Virus record (IMG/VR): IMGVR_UViG_3300037308_000558
Location: 2,089 to 66,088 of that record
Reading direction: 5' to 3' (one strand)
DNA length: 64,000 nt
Origin: a virus
Lineage: Duplodnaviria; Caudoviricetes
The notes beneath the pieces are model-generated. The model was not told the origin of the DNA. It did not search any database and saw nothing but the letters and a program-made list of their open reading frames with translations. Shown one piece after another: positions 45,247 to 53,658 of the stretch (within the stretch, counting starts at the first letter, position 1; the number at the start of each line of letters is the position of its first letter). The translations under genes and the position numbers were made by a program.

Positions 45247-47289
45247 ATGAACCTGTTCATCGATACCGATCTGGAGTTCGAGAAGGTCGCCGCCGAGGTG
45301 GAGCTTCCCGAGGACCCCAACCAGTGGCCGCAGGAGATCCTCGACGAGCTCTACAAGCAAGTGCCCTTCATCGCGGACTTCCAACCCCACGTGGTGATGG
45401 ACAAGGTCGACGCGGAGCGCGCCTACGGTTTCGGCAACGTCGAGATCGCCAACAAGAGCGAGGCGCAGGTCGGCACCGATCCCTCGATGATGCAGGCGGC
45501 GGGCATCCGCACCGTGCGCATCCCCATCGTCATCCGCGAGGGCAAGCTCTTCACCTTCGACCTGCTCATCAACGACAGCGCCAAGGCGCTGCCCCTGACC
45601 GAGTCGCGGATGCGCCAGGCCCTGTTCCGCCCGCAGGCCTTCGATGTCACCAGCCAGACCCCGGGCGACCAGAGCATGATCGGGCAGCTCTACCCACCCT
45701 ACCGACAGAACTACGGCTTCGGCGGTGGCGGCCTCACCGTGCCGGCCGACGGCATGGGCAAGCAGAGCTCAGCCTCCATCCTCGAAGCCATCCTCCCGAC
45801 CATCAACGATGAGGACAGCGCGCGCTTCTGGGCCGCGTTCGATCATGCACCTGGTGTCCAGGCCGCGTTCGTGAAGAACGCGAATGCCTGCGGATGGGCC
45901 ATCCAGCTGCTCGCGGGTGCCGCTCCAACGAAGACCGCATCCGTCCGCGACTTCGTGAAGCCCGACGTCGTACAGGTCGTGAAGGACCACGACGGCTACA
46001 CGGTGAAGACGGCAAGCTCGAAGTACTGGGACGTCAGGCTGGAGAAGTGCGGCCGTGCCGAGGTCATCCGCCGCTTTGGTGAGAAGGTGGCCCTTGCCGC
46101 CGACACCGCTGGCGCTGTGACCATGGCTGACGACACGGCACCCGCGCCCGCGCCCGAGGAGCCCTCCACCGCCATCAACATCTCGCGCGCCGGCGTGTAC
46201 AAGGTGATGGACGACAAGGGCCGCGAGCTCACGGGCTACGTCATCCCGAACCTCATCGACGTGGACGGCCTGCCCGTTCCCTTGGCCCTCTTCACCAATG
46301 GAAGCCAGACCACCGTGCAGTCGGACATCGTCGGGGAGCCCGTCGCGTCCGGGGCCAACCTCCCCGTCGGGGAGCCCGGTGGAACCGGAGCCTTCTTCGA
46401 TGTGGCCCAAGACGGCACCATTCAGGCTACCCTGCCCATGACCTTGCAGGGCAGCGCCTCCATGGAGGGGGAACCCCAGACGTTCATGGGGGAGACCTAC
46501 GACGGGCGCCCGGTTCAAGTGTCCCTCCAGCCGAACATCCAGAACCCCGTGGGGATGGAAGCCGAAGGCAAGCTACTCCTGCCGGAGCACTGGAAGTGGA
46601 CGCCCATGGACAAGGCGGACCACGTAGTTCTGGAGGGCGGGGAGGATGCCGAGGGACCGCCGGAGGAGTTGGGAGCTCCGGCAACGCCCGCCCCCGCCCC
46701 GGAAGCGGCTGAGGGCCCGCCGGTGAAGGCGGCCAGCGCCAGCGTGTTCATCCGCTCGGACGACTCGACGTTCAGCTTCGCTGGGGAGCCTGTGGAGAAG
46801 CTCGCCTCCGAGGAGCGCTCGTTCCTCGACGTCGACCAGGCCATGTTCCTCCTGGCGGGGCTTGGCGTGGACCAGCAGCATGGGCTGCGCAAGCTGGCGG
46901 AGTCCATGTCGGGGGCTCCCGCGCGTGTGTACGTGGGGCGCATGATCAAGACCGCCGCCGAGCAGAACGCTGAGGCCTTCGAGCGCGCCAAGGCGTTCAT
47001 GGAGCACATCCCGCACCTGCGCCAGAACCTCATCAAGGAAGCCGCGCACCTGCCCGACCCCATGGCCGTGGACACCGTGCTCAGCCTGAACTTCATCAAC
47101 CCCGAGAACCTGATGACGTTCGTGGGCTACTTGCCCGTGATCGACAGCGCTCAGTCCAAGCTGTGCGAGCTCCTACTGGCGGCGCGCTTGGGTCTTCAGG
47201 AAGTCCCCATCAGCGCCTTGGAGCGCGCTGTCCGCGCCACCGAGGAAGTCATCGAGGGCTTGAAGGTCATCGCCTTCCAAGGGCAGTAG
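45247..47289 (+). CDS. large K-x-A motif head-associated protein (680 aa)
   Basis: EKVAA, TKTAS, VKTAS, EKVAL, VKAAS, EKLAS, RKLAE, IKTAA, IKEAA. Confidence 0.72.
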   Translation: MNLFIDTDLEFEKVAAEVELPEDPNQWPQEILDELYKQVPFIADFQPHVVMDKVDAERAYGFGNVEIANKSEAQVGTDPSMMQAAGIRTVRIPIVIREGKLFTFDLLINDSAKALPLTESRMRQALFRPQAFDVTSQTPGDQSMIGQLYPPYRQNYGFGGGGLTVPADGMGKQSSASILEAILPTINDEDSARFWAAFDHAPGVQAAFVKNANACGWAIQLLAGAAPTKTASVRDFVKPDVVQVVKDHDGYTVKTASSKYWDVRLEKCGRAEVIRRFGEKVALAADTAGAVTMADDTAPAPAPEEPSTAINISRAGVYKVMDDKGRELTGYVIPNLIDVDGLPVPLALFTNGSQTTVQSDIVGEPVASGANLPVGEPGGTGAFFDVAQDGTIQATLPMTLQGSASMEGEPQTFMGETYDGRPVQVSLQPNIQNPVGMEAEGKLLLPEHWKWTPMDKADHVVLEGGEDAEGPPEELGAPATPAPAPEAAEGPPVKAASASVFIRSDDSTFSFAGEPVEKLASEERSFLDVDQAMFLLAGLGVDQQHGLRKLAESMSGAPARVYVGRMIKTAAEQNAEAFERAKAFMEHIPHLRQNLIKEAAHLPDPMAVDTVLSLNFINPENLMTFVGYLPVIDSAQSKLCELLLAARLGLQEVPISALERAVRATEEVIEGLKVIAFQGQ

Positions 47290-47298
47290 CCGCGAAAA

Positions 47299-47470
47299 AA
47301 TCGGCCCGATTCCTTTGGTCAGCTCTTGGGTTACGCTGCAGCTCGCAGCGTAACCCAAGAGCGACCAACCAGCCCGTGCACAGAAATTGGGGTTTTCGTG
47401 CACGGATGTGTTGAGCTTCGAGACTACCTGCCTCTGATCAGGGGTCTGCCGGCGGCAGCCCCCTGATCAG
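47299..47470. repeat. cluster of four inverted repeats in a ~285-nt intergenic gap
   Basis: 47299-47311 (6 bp); 47322-47362 (perfect 18 bp); 47374-47405 (12 bp with bulge); 47434-47470 (16 bp with one mismatch). Confidence 0.85.
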
Positions 47471-47575
47471 ATAGGCTCAAAGGGTGCCGTAGAACCAGTA
47501 CAAGTTGGGGTGTGCATCTTGGGCAGGGGTAGAAGTGCTTGATCTTCTACGCTTTGTGGAGCATCGTCGTAGGCG

Positions 47576-48541
47576 ATGATTCGTAGAAGCCCCTGCGAGC
47601 TCTACATCAAGTTCTTGCTCTGCCACCCGGACGCGTACAGCTTGGATGCTGCACGGGCGATCATCTACAAGCAGCAGCTCGACTGGGTGGATGACAACTA
47701 CGCGAAGGGCCTGAAGGACCGCATGGCGGTGCCGAACCCCTTCTACCCCACGAACCTGGCGCACAAGCCCAGCGTGCGGTTCGTGCACAAGGAGAAGCTC
47801 GCCGGCTTCTTCACGCCAGATGAGCCTGCACGCATCGCGCACACGCTGCTGCAGGATGCACGCGCGAAGGAGACCATCGAGACGATGGCGCTAACGCGCG
47901 ACCAGCCTGCGTTCATCTCTCATCGCCTACGCACGATGGGCATCCACAGCACCGTTCTCGCTGTGCAGCGTTACCTCACCTACTACTGGGACTTGCGGCT
48001 GGTGGACACGCTGGAGATCAACGCGCTGCTGCAGATGCGGCGGGAGGTTGTGCTGGCGTTTCCTTCGGGCCCCAACAACGAGCCGACGGTGCACGACCGC
48101 ATGCAATACGCCGCGCTCAACAAGGTGAAGTACCGCGACCCGAGGGCGATGGTGCTCAGCATGCCGGTCTCGCCCATCGCGGGCTTGATGAACCAGTTGC
48201 GCCAGGGCATCATGCCGAAGCGTGTGGAGCTCGCTGCTGTAGCCAAGGCGGCGCAGATGGCGGCGACCTTCCGCGTCTTCGAGGCAACGATGGTGGGCGG
48301 GCCTGGCGGTGGGGCAGCAACGCGCGACTACGCGCTGGGCGCCAAGATGATGGGCGAGCTCATCCAAGAGCTCGGGAGTCCGGAGGCTGAGCTTCAGAAG
48401 GGCTTGCAGCAGCTGGCGCTCAAGAATGAAGATGCTCGCCTACCGCTGCTCAGTGACCTCAGCGGGGGTAGCCACACGACAGACCTGCAGCCCGCTGCAG
48501 AAGCTACGGCGGAGGAGATTGAAGATGACCCAGGAACATGA
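47576..48541 (+). CDS. hypothetical protein (321 aa)
   Basis: GC3-rich ORF upstream of terminase; no motif recognised. Confidence 0.7.
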   Translation: MIRRSPCELYIKFLLCHPDAYSLDAARAIIYKQQLDWVDDNYAKGLKDRMAVPNPFYPTNLAHKPSVRFVHKEKLAGFFTPDEPARIAHTLLQDARAKETIETMALTRDQPAFISHRLRTMGIHSTVLAVQRYLTYYWDLRLVDTLEINALLQMRREVVLAFPSGPNNEPTVHDRMQYAALNKVKYRDPRAMVLSMPVSPIAGLMNQLRQGIMPKRVELAAVAKAAQMAATFRVFEATMVGGPGGGAATRDYALGAKMMGELIQELGSPEAELQKGLQQLALKNEDARLPLLSDLSGGSHTTDLQPAAEATAEEIEDDPGT

Positions 48542-48980
48542 GAGGACCGTGACGCTTGCATCCGTGCCGCATGAACAGGCCAAGGGTGCACTGCAAGATC
48601 TGGCGGGGGCCGACATCGGGGGCGTGGCGAACGGCGTGCCCAAGCTCACGCAGTACGACTGCAAGAGCTTCAAGGCAGAGCACGGCTTGGTCGACGGCAA
48701 CATCATCGTGCACTTCTACCTCCCCGAGCACGCGAAGACGGACACCGAGGACGCGCGTAGGGAGTGGATGAAGTACTGGATGGAGCGCTTCCCCGACAAG
48801 CTCGACATCACGGCGCGGACGTACTTCGAGGCGGAGCGTCCTCGCTTGGTTGTGAAGTACACGGAGGAGCTGGCGTCGTGGTACTTCCGGGGTCAGGGCT
48901 ACGCTCACATGCTGGACGTGGGTGCGTACGTGAAGAAGTTCCTCGACCTTTTGGACGGGGAGCTACATAAGAGCACTTGA
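48525..48980 (+). CDS. hypothetical protein (151 aa; ATG 48525)
   Basis: GGAGGAG SD; GC3-rich. Confidence 0.65.
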   Translation: MTQEHERTVTLASVPHEQAKGALQDLAGADIGGVANGVPKLTQYDCKSFKAEHGLVDGNIIVHFYLPEHAKTDTEDARREWMKYWMERFPDKLDITARTYFEAERPRLVVKYTEELASWYFRGQGYAHMLDVGAYVKKFLDLLDGELHKST

Positions 48981-49200
48981 ACTCGACGCGGTTGGGGAGG
49001 AAGCGCACGTTGCGCACGGTCCACCCACACGCCGCCGCGTACCCCACGACGTACTCCTTGAAGTACTTCTTGCACTGCCCGGTCAGGGGGAGCTGAAGCT
49101 TCAGTGCGACGTGCGTGTAGTCATCCATCTCGGTTAGTGCGTAGGGGCCGGCTAGATGCTCGCCGGCTCTATGCAGGGATTCCCACATTCCGCGAAGCAT
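48808..49200 (-). CDS. possible antisense hypothetical protein (130 aa)
   Basis: GC3-rich codons over 48980-49200; 3' part overlaps the convergent gene. Confidence 0.45.
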   Translation of the reverse strand: MLRGMWESLHRAGEHLAGPYALTEMDDYTHVALKLQLPLTGQCKKYFKEYVVGYAAACGWTVRNVRFLPNRVEFKCSYVAPRPKGRGTSSRTHPRPACERSPDPGSTTTPAPPCTSQPSEDAPPRSTSAP

Positions 49201-49201
49201 C

Positions 49202-51040
49202 GTGGTGAGGTCCGTTGTGTACGTTGGCGGGTACATAGAGCCAGAGCTGGATGACTTCGACGACACCTACCTCGTGGGGGACGGCATCTCGTGGAAGCCC
49301 GGCGATGAGGTGGAGTACGAGGAGGACCCTATCGTCATACAAGAAGCCGTGCAGCACCTCCCCAAGGCTAGCTCGATACGGCCCTCCGAGTTCACCGAGT
49401 TCGCGTTCTGGATGCCCACGCACAACAAGGATAACCCGGGCGGGGAGAACGGGCTAGGGCACGACCGCTTCACGTTCAGCGGCCGTCGCCACATGCGGAC
49501 GATCTACGACACGAACGCGGATCACATCCTCCTCATGTGCGGCCGGCAAGTGGAGAAGTCCACGTGCCTGGGCAACCTGGCCCTCTGCTACATGTCACTC
49601 GTGCCGGGCTTCTTGACCCTGTACGTAAGCCCCTCGGCCACGCAGTCCAAGGTGTTCAGCAACGACCGCGTGAAGACGCCCATCGAGACGAGCCCCCTGC
49701 TGAAGCGCTTCACGACGCACATGCTCTCCCAGAACATCTTGGAGAAGCAGTTCGTCAACTACTCCAAGATCACGATGCGCTACGCGTTCCTCAACGCGGA
49801 TCGCGCGCGTGGCATCGCGGCCTACCTGCTGGAGCTCGACGAGTTCCAGGACATCCTCGCCGACAACGTGCCCGTCATCGAGCAGGGCCTGTCGCACGCC
49901 CCCGACCAGTGGCGCCGCTTTCTCTACGCAGGCACGCCGAAGAGTCTCGACAACAACATCGAGAAGCACTGGTCGACGCTCTCTACGATGAACGAGTGGG
50001 CGGTGCCTTGTACTTGTACCGGTGGCGAGGGTGGGCGCTACTGGAACATCCTCTGCGAGAAGAACATCGGCCGCAAGGGGCTCATCTGCGCCAACTGCGG
50101 GGCGTTGCTCGACCCCATGTGCGACGACGCTCAGTGGGCAGCGCAGGTGAAGATGAACCCACCGAAGGTCATCTTCGAGGGCTACCACATCAGCCAGCTG
50201 ATGGTTCCATGGCGGAAGTGGCACGACATCCTCAACGACTACGCGAACTACCCGCGAGCTAAGTTCTACAACGAGGTCCTCGGCCTCAGCTACGACGAGG
50301 GCATGCGCCCGCTGACGACGCATCACCTGGAGTCCGCGTGCAACAAGAGCTTGTCCATGTCCAAGGTGCAGCAGTACCGGCCCATGTCCTACGGCCAGCC
50401 CGTGTACGCTGGAATCGACTGGGGTACTGGTGAGCACTGCTACACCGTCATCTGCCTCGGCACGTACGTCGACATGAAGTTCCGCGTGTTCTTCTGGCAC
50501 CGCTTCATCGGTGAGGAGACAGAGCCTGACGTCCAGCTCAAGCGCATCGTCGAGCTTGTCAACTTCTTCAACGTCCGTCTCATCGGCGCCGACTACGGCG
50601 GTGGTTTTGCCATGAACCACCACCTCGTGCGCGCCTTCGGGCAGCAGCGCGTGCACCAGTTCCAGTACGTGGCGCGTTCGGCGCACAAGATGAAGTACGA
50701 CACGAAGTTCGGGCGGTGGAAGGCGTCGCGCACCGAAGTGATGAGCGACATCTTCAACGCCATCAAGCGCAAGCAGTTGGAGTTCCCCCGTTGGGAAGAG
50801 TTCCGGGAGCCCTTTGCGCAGGACATGCTGAACATCTTCAGCGAGTACAACGAGAACTTGCGCATGATTCAGTACAAGCACGTGCTGGACAAACCAGACG
50901 ACAGCTTCCACGCGCTCGTGTACTGCATGCTTGCGTCGCACCTCATGCGCCCACGCCCGGACATCTTCGTGCCGCGCCAAGAGGTCAAGGGCGTGCCCAT
51001 CGCTACGTACAAGGGGCCCGCTGACCAGGGGAGCGTCTAG
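49202..51040 (+). CDS. terL: terminase large subunit (GpA-like; start uncertain)
   Basis: CGRQVEKST (Walker A-like), LDEFQD (Walker B), AGTPK (motif C), GIDWG and PDDSFHAL nuclease aspartates; CxC...CxxC. Confidence 0.9.
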   Translation: MVRSVVYVGGYIEPELDDFDDTYLVGDGISWKPGDEVEYEEDPIVIQEAVQHLPKASSIRPSEFTEFAFWMPTHNKDNPGGENGLGHDRFTFSGRRHMRTIYDTNADHILLMCGRQVEKSTCLGNLALCYMSLVPGFLTLYVSPSATQSKVFSNDRVKTPIETSPLLKRFTTHMLSQNILEKQFVNYSKITMRYAFLNADRARGIAAYLLELDEFQDILADNVPVIEQGLSHAPDQWRRFLYAGTPKSLDNNIEKHWSTLSTMNEWAVPCTCTGGEGGRYWNILCEKNIGRKGLICANCGALLDPMCDDAQWAAQVKMNPPKVIFEGYHISQLMVPWRKWHDILNDYANYPRAKFYNEVLGLSYDEGMRPLTTHHLESACNKSLSMSKVQQYRPMSYGQPVYAGIDWGTGEHCYTVICLGTYVDMKFRVFFWHRFIGEETEPDVQLKRIVELVNFFNVRLIGADYGGGFAMNHHLVRAFGQQRVHQFQYVARSAHKMKYDTKFGRWKASRTEVMSDIFNAIKRKQLEFPRWEEFREPFAQDMLNIFSEYNENLRMIQYKHVLDKPDDSFHALVYCMLASHLMRPRPDIFVPRQEVKGVPIATYKGPADQGSV

Positions 51041-51744
51041 CCCTTGCGCATGCCTTCGGCGATTCGGAGGATGTGCTCGTGCTCATCGCCGTGGAAAATG
51101 CTGTTCGCTTTTCTAGCCCCATACTTGTTGCGCGTGTACACGAACGAGACGTTCCGTAGATGGTTGCGCGCGGCGAACAGGAGCTCGTAGGCCTGCTTCA
51201 TCTCGATGTGAGCGTCTTCAGGCTCCGCCTCCAGTGCCGCCCTGGCGTAGTCCATGAAGACCGCCCAGCCATCCTCGTCTCCCGTGTACGCCTCTAGGAG
51301 CTCGAAGAACTCCTCGCCCATGGCGAGGAAGGTGCGCGTCCAGCGCGTGATCTCGTCGAGCTTTCGAGGTGGGCGCAGTCGGTCAGAGGCTTCGGCGTAG
51401 AGCGCCAGCACCGACTCTTCGTCGAGGGGTAGCGGGTTGGCGCCGATGCCCAGCACTTGCTCCAATCGGTCGACTCGGTGTTCCAGTGCCCTTGCCGTGG
51501 CGTAGCTGCGAGCTGCCATAGAAGCTACGCGAGGTAGGTTCAACCCGCGCTCTCTTGCCTCGGCCAGTGCGGCTATCTCCTCCCTCCGATACCCGCGCTC
51601 GCTGAGGCGCCGGTCTTTGGAGTACACTGGTTGCACCATCCCCTGTCGCACGAGGTGGTTGATGCTGGCTACGCTGAGCCCTAAGATGGCAGCCGCTTCC
51701 TTGGCTGAAATCAGCTGGTTACTTCCCATCGCTCTCGCCACCAT
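51037..51744 (-). CDS. HTH DNA-binding protein (excisionase/MerR-like N-terminus)
   Basis: LISAKEAAAILGLSVASINHLVRQGMV...YRREEI. Confidence 0.78.
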   Translation of the reverse strand: MVARAMGSNQLISAKEAAAILGLSVASINHLVRQGMVQPVYSKDRRLSERGYRREEIAALAEARERGLNLPRVASMAARSYATARALEHRVDRLEQVLGIGANPLPLDEESVLALYAEASDRLRPPRKLDEITRWTRTFLAMGEEFFELLEAYTGDEDGWAVFMDYARAALEAEPEDAHIEMKQAYELLFAARNHLRNVSFVYTRNKYGARKANSIFHGDEHEHILRIAEGMRKG

Positions 51745-51776
51745 GTTACGTTTTTCGTCGTAGCTGTCGAGGACCT

Positions 51777-53084
51777 ATGCACGACCTACCGGCCCAAACC
51801 TTGCTCCAGCAGCTCCATGCCCACCCCATCTCGGGTGAAGAACTGGAGGTGATGGGCAAGAAGGCGGCGTCGCGGTACTTGTGCGGGGATTGCTGCACGC
51901 TCAATGACGCCGTCGTCGAGACGGTGAAGCAGGCGGGCCTTTCACCCGAGCAGGTCAAGCGCGTCATCGAGTTCGCCAACACGAACGCGTACATCGAGCG
52001 CTTCAACAAGCTCGGGAGCGACCACAAGTACGTGGAGTTCGATGGAGGCCCGGCGGATCCGTCGGTCATCCTGAAGGACCTGAATGACGGCGGCGGAGGG
52101 ACGGTGTTCGACCGCGGCCTGGCGGACTACAGCCACATGCCGCTGGAGAAGAGCTCGTCGGACTTGCTCGCGCAGAACCGGTCCCGGTTGGGTCTGGAGA
52201 AGACCGCGTCCGTGTCTTCGAGCCCCGCCGAGACAGCTTTCGAGCAGATGTTCCAGTCCGAGGACAAGCCCCTGCCCTACGCAGAGCCCTTCCAGGACAT
52301 CATCGAGATGCGGGAGAAGCTGGCGGACAACCGGCAGCACCTCGCTTCCGAAGTGAGCGCCCTCGAAGTCGACTACCTCGACGTGGGTGATCGGCTCTAC
52401 CACTTGGTGAAGCAGGCTGCTCTGGAGGGCACCCCGCTCGGGCACATCGTGCAGGCGTGGAGTGAGGTAGTCCCCGGTCCCTCCTTCGTGAAGGTGGCCT
52501 TCGAGCTCGTGGGGCCTCGACTCGTGGAGGAGGGGGTCGTGGGCTACGACCAGATGGGCTCCTCGCTCACGAAGACAGCCGGCGCTGGCGCTGTGGTCGA
52601 CACGGGCCATCCACTCGTGGAGACCTTCTCGCACTTCTGCGACACGCTGCTCAAGTTGGCGGCGACGAGAGAAGTGCTTGCGGAGGTGGCAGATGCGCAC
52701 GAGAAGGCGGAGTACTTCCTGACGCGCGGGCTCACCAAGGTAGCCGACTCGGGCTATGTAGAGGAGGCAGCGGGACTTGTCCCAAAAGCCTGGCGCGCGG
52801 CGAAGGGCATCTCGGCTAGCGTAGCCGACCCTGCGTCGCGCGTAGTTGGTGGTATCGGCGGCGTTCTCTTCGGGCCCAACGTGGGGGCGAAGGCGCAGGA
52901 CATCACACGCGCAGTGGTGAGCCATGCTCCAGAGGCGGCGGCGGTTCTGGGGGCGAAGGAGCTCTACGACCGCGTGCGCTACACGCCTGCCTTCCAGGCG
53001 GCGAAGCACTACGCTTGGTCGCACGTTCCCTACACGCAAGAGAACCTCATTCGGCAGTACGACCTGCAGTCGCGCTTCATGTGA
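51777..53084 (+). CDS. K-x-A motif head-associated protein (435 aa)
   Basis: 10 of 22 Lys are followed by x-Ala (counted by hand). Confidence 0.72.
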   Translation: MHDLPAQTLLQQLHAHPISGEELEVMGKKAASRYLCGDCCTLNDAVVETVKQAGLSPEQVKRVIEFANTNAYIERFNKLGSDHKYVEFDGGPADPSVILKDLNDGGGGTVFDRGLADYSHMPLEKSSSDLLAQNRSRLGLEKTASVSSSPAETAFEQMFQSEDKPLPYAEPFQDIIEMREKLADNRQHLASEVSALEVDYLDVGDRLYHLVKQAALEGTPLGHIVQAWSEVVPGPSFVKVAFELVGPRLVEEGVVGYDQMGSSLTKTAGAGAVVDTGHPLVETFSHFCDTLLKLAATREVLAEVADAHEKAEYFLTRGLTKVADSGYVEEAAGLVPKAWRAAKGISASVADPASRVVGGIGGVLFGPNVGAKAQDITRAVVSHAPEAAAVLGAKELYDRVRYTPAFQAAKHYAWSHVPYTQENLIRQYDLQSRFM

Positions 53085-53094
53085 CGGTGCGAGC

Positions 53095-53658
53095 ATGAAT
53101 CCCATCGACGACTACCTGGAAATGAAGAAGGAAGCCGGCTTCGGCGACATGCTGCGAGGAGCCTGGCAAGGCTTCTCCGGTGGAGTCAAGCCGGTGTTGC
53201 AGGAAGCGCAGCATGGTCTGTTCGGGTCGGTACTCGGTGCCGTGCCCCCCGGTAAGTTCGACGCGGTCTCCCGAGGCTTCGCGTTGGGGGAGAAGGCGCA
53301 GGTTCCCGCTTTGGCTGTTGGTGGCGCGCTCGCGCTCGCGGGAACGGTCATGGCCATCCGCAAGATCCATGGGGCCATGACCAAGCAGCGTGACTTCAAG
53401 CAGATGATGCAGCTCAACCCCCACCTTGCGGATGCGCAGGCGCAACGTCCGGAGATGTTCAATCAGGCGTACAGCTCTCTTCGCAAGATGAATCCGACTC
53501 TGACGGCAGATCCGCTCGTCGCCGGGGCGTACATGAACAAGATGATGGTGCTCAACCCCGAGCAGGCTGGGATGATCCTGGTCGATGCCGCAGGCGCCTC
53601 CGCCCCGAAGCAGCAGGGCCTCCGATTGCGGAAGTTCGGCCCTCTTGGGTTGGAGTGA
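53095..53658 (+). CDS. membrane-segment head-associated protein (187 aa)
   Basis: MKKEAG N-terminus; hydrophobic VPALAVGGALALAGTVMAI. Confidence 0.65.
   Translation: MNPIDDYLEMKKEAGFGDMLRGAWQGFSGGVKPVLQEAQHGLFGSVLGAVPPGKFDAVSRGFALGEKAQVPALAVGGALALAGTVMAIRKIHGAMTKQRDFKQMMQLNPHLADAQAQRPEMFNQAYSSLRKMNPTLTADPLVAGAYMNKMMVLNPEQAGMILVDAAGASAPKQQGLRLRKFGPLGLE

Noticed and set aside
47290-47575. tRNA or CRISPR array
   Set aside because: No cloverleaf or T-loop consensus and no direct repeats with regular spacers; only inverted repeats.
47576-48541. Terminase small subunit or sigma-like factor call
   Set aside because: Only a positional argument; no recognisable HTH or sigma region motifs.
51037-51744. 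Prophage excisionase implying integration
   Set aside because: No integrase or att-like repeat in the window; this HTH family includes many plain regulators.
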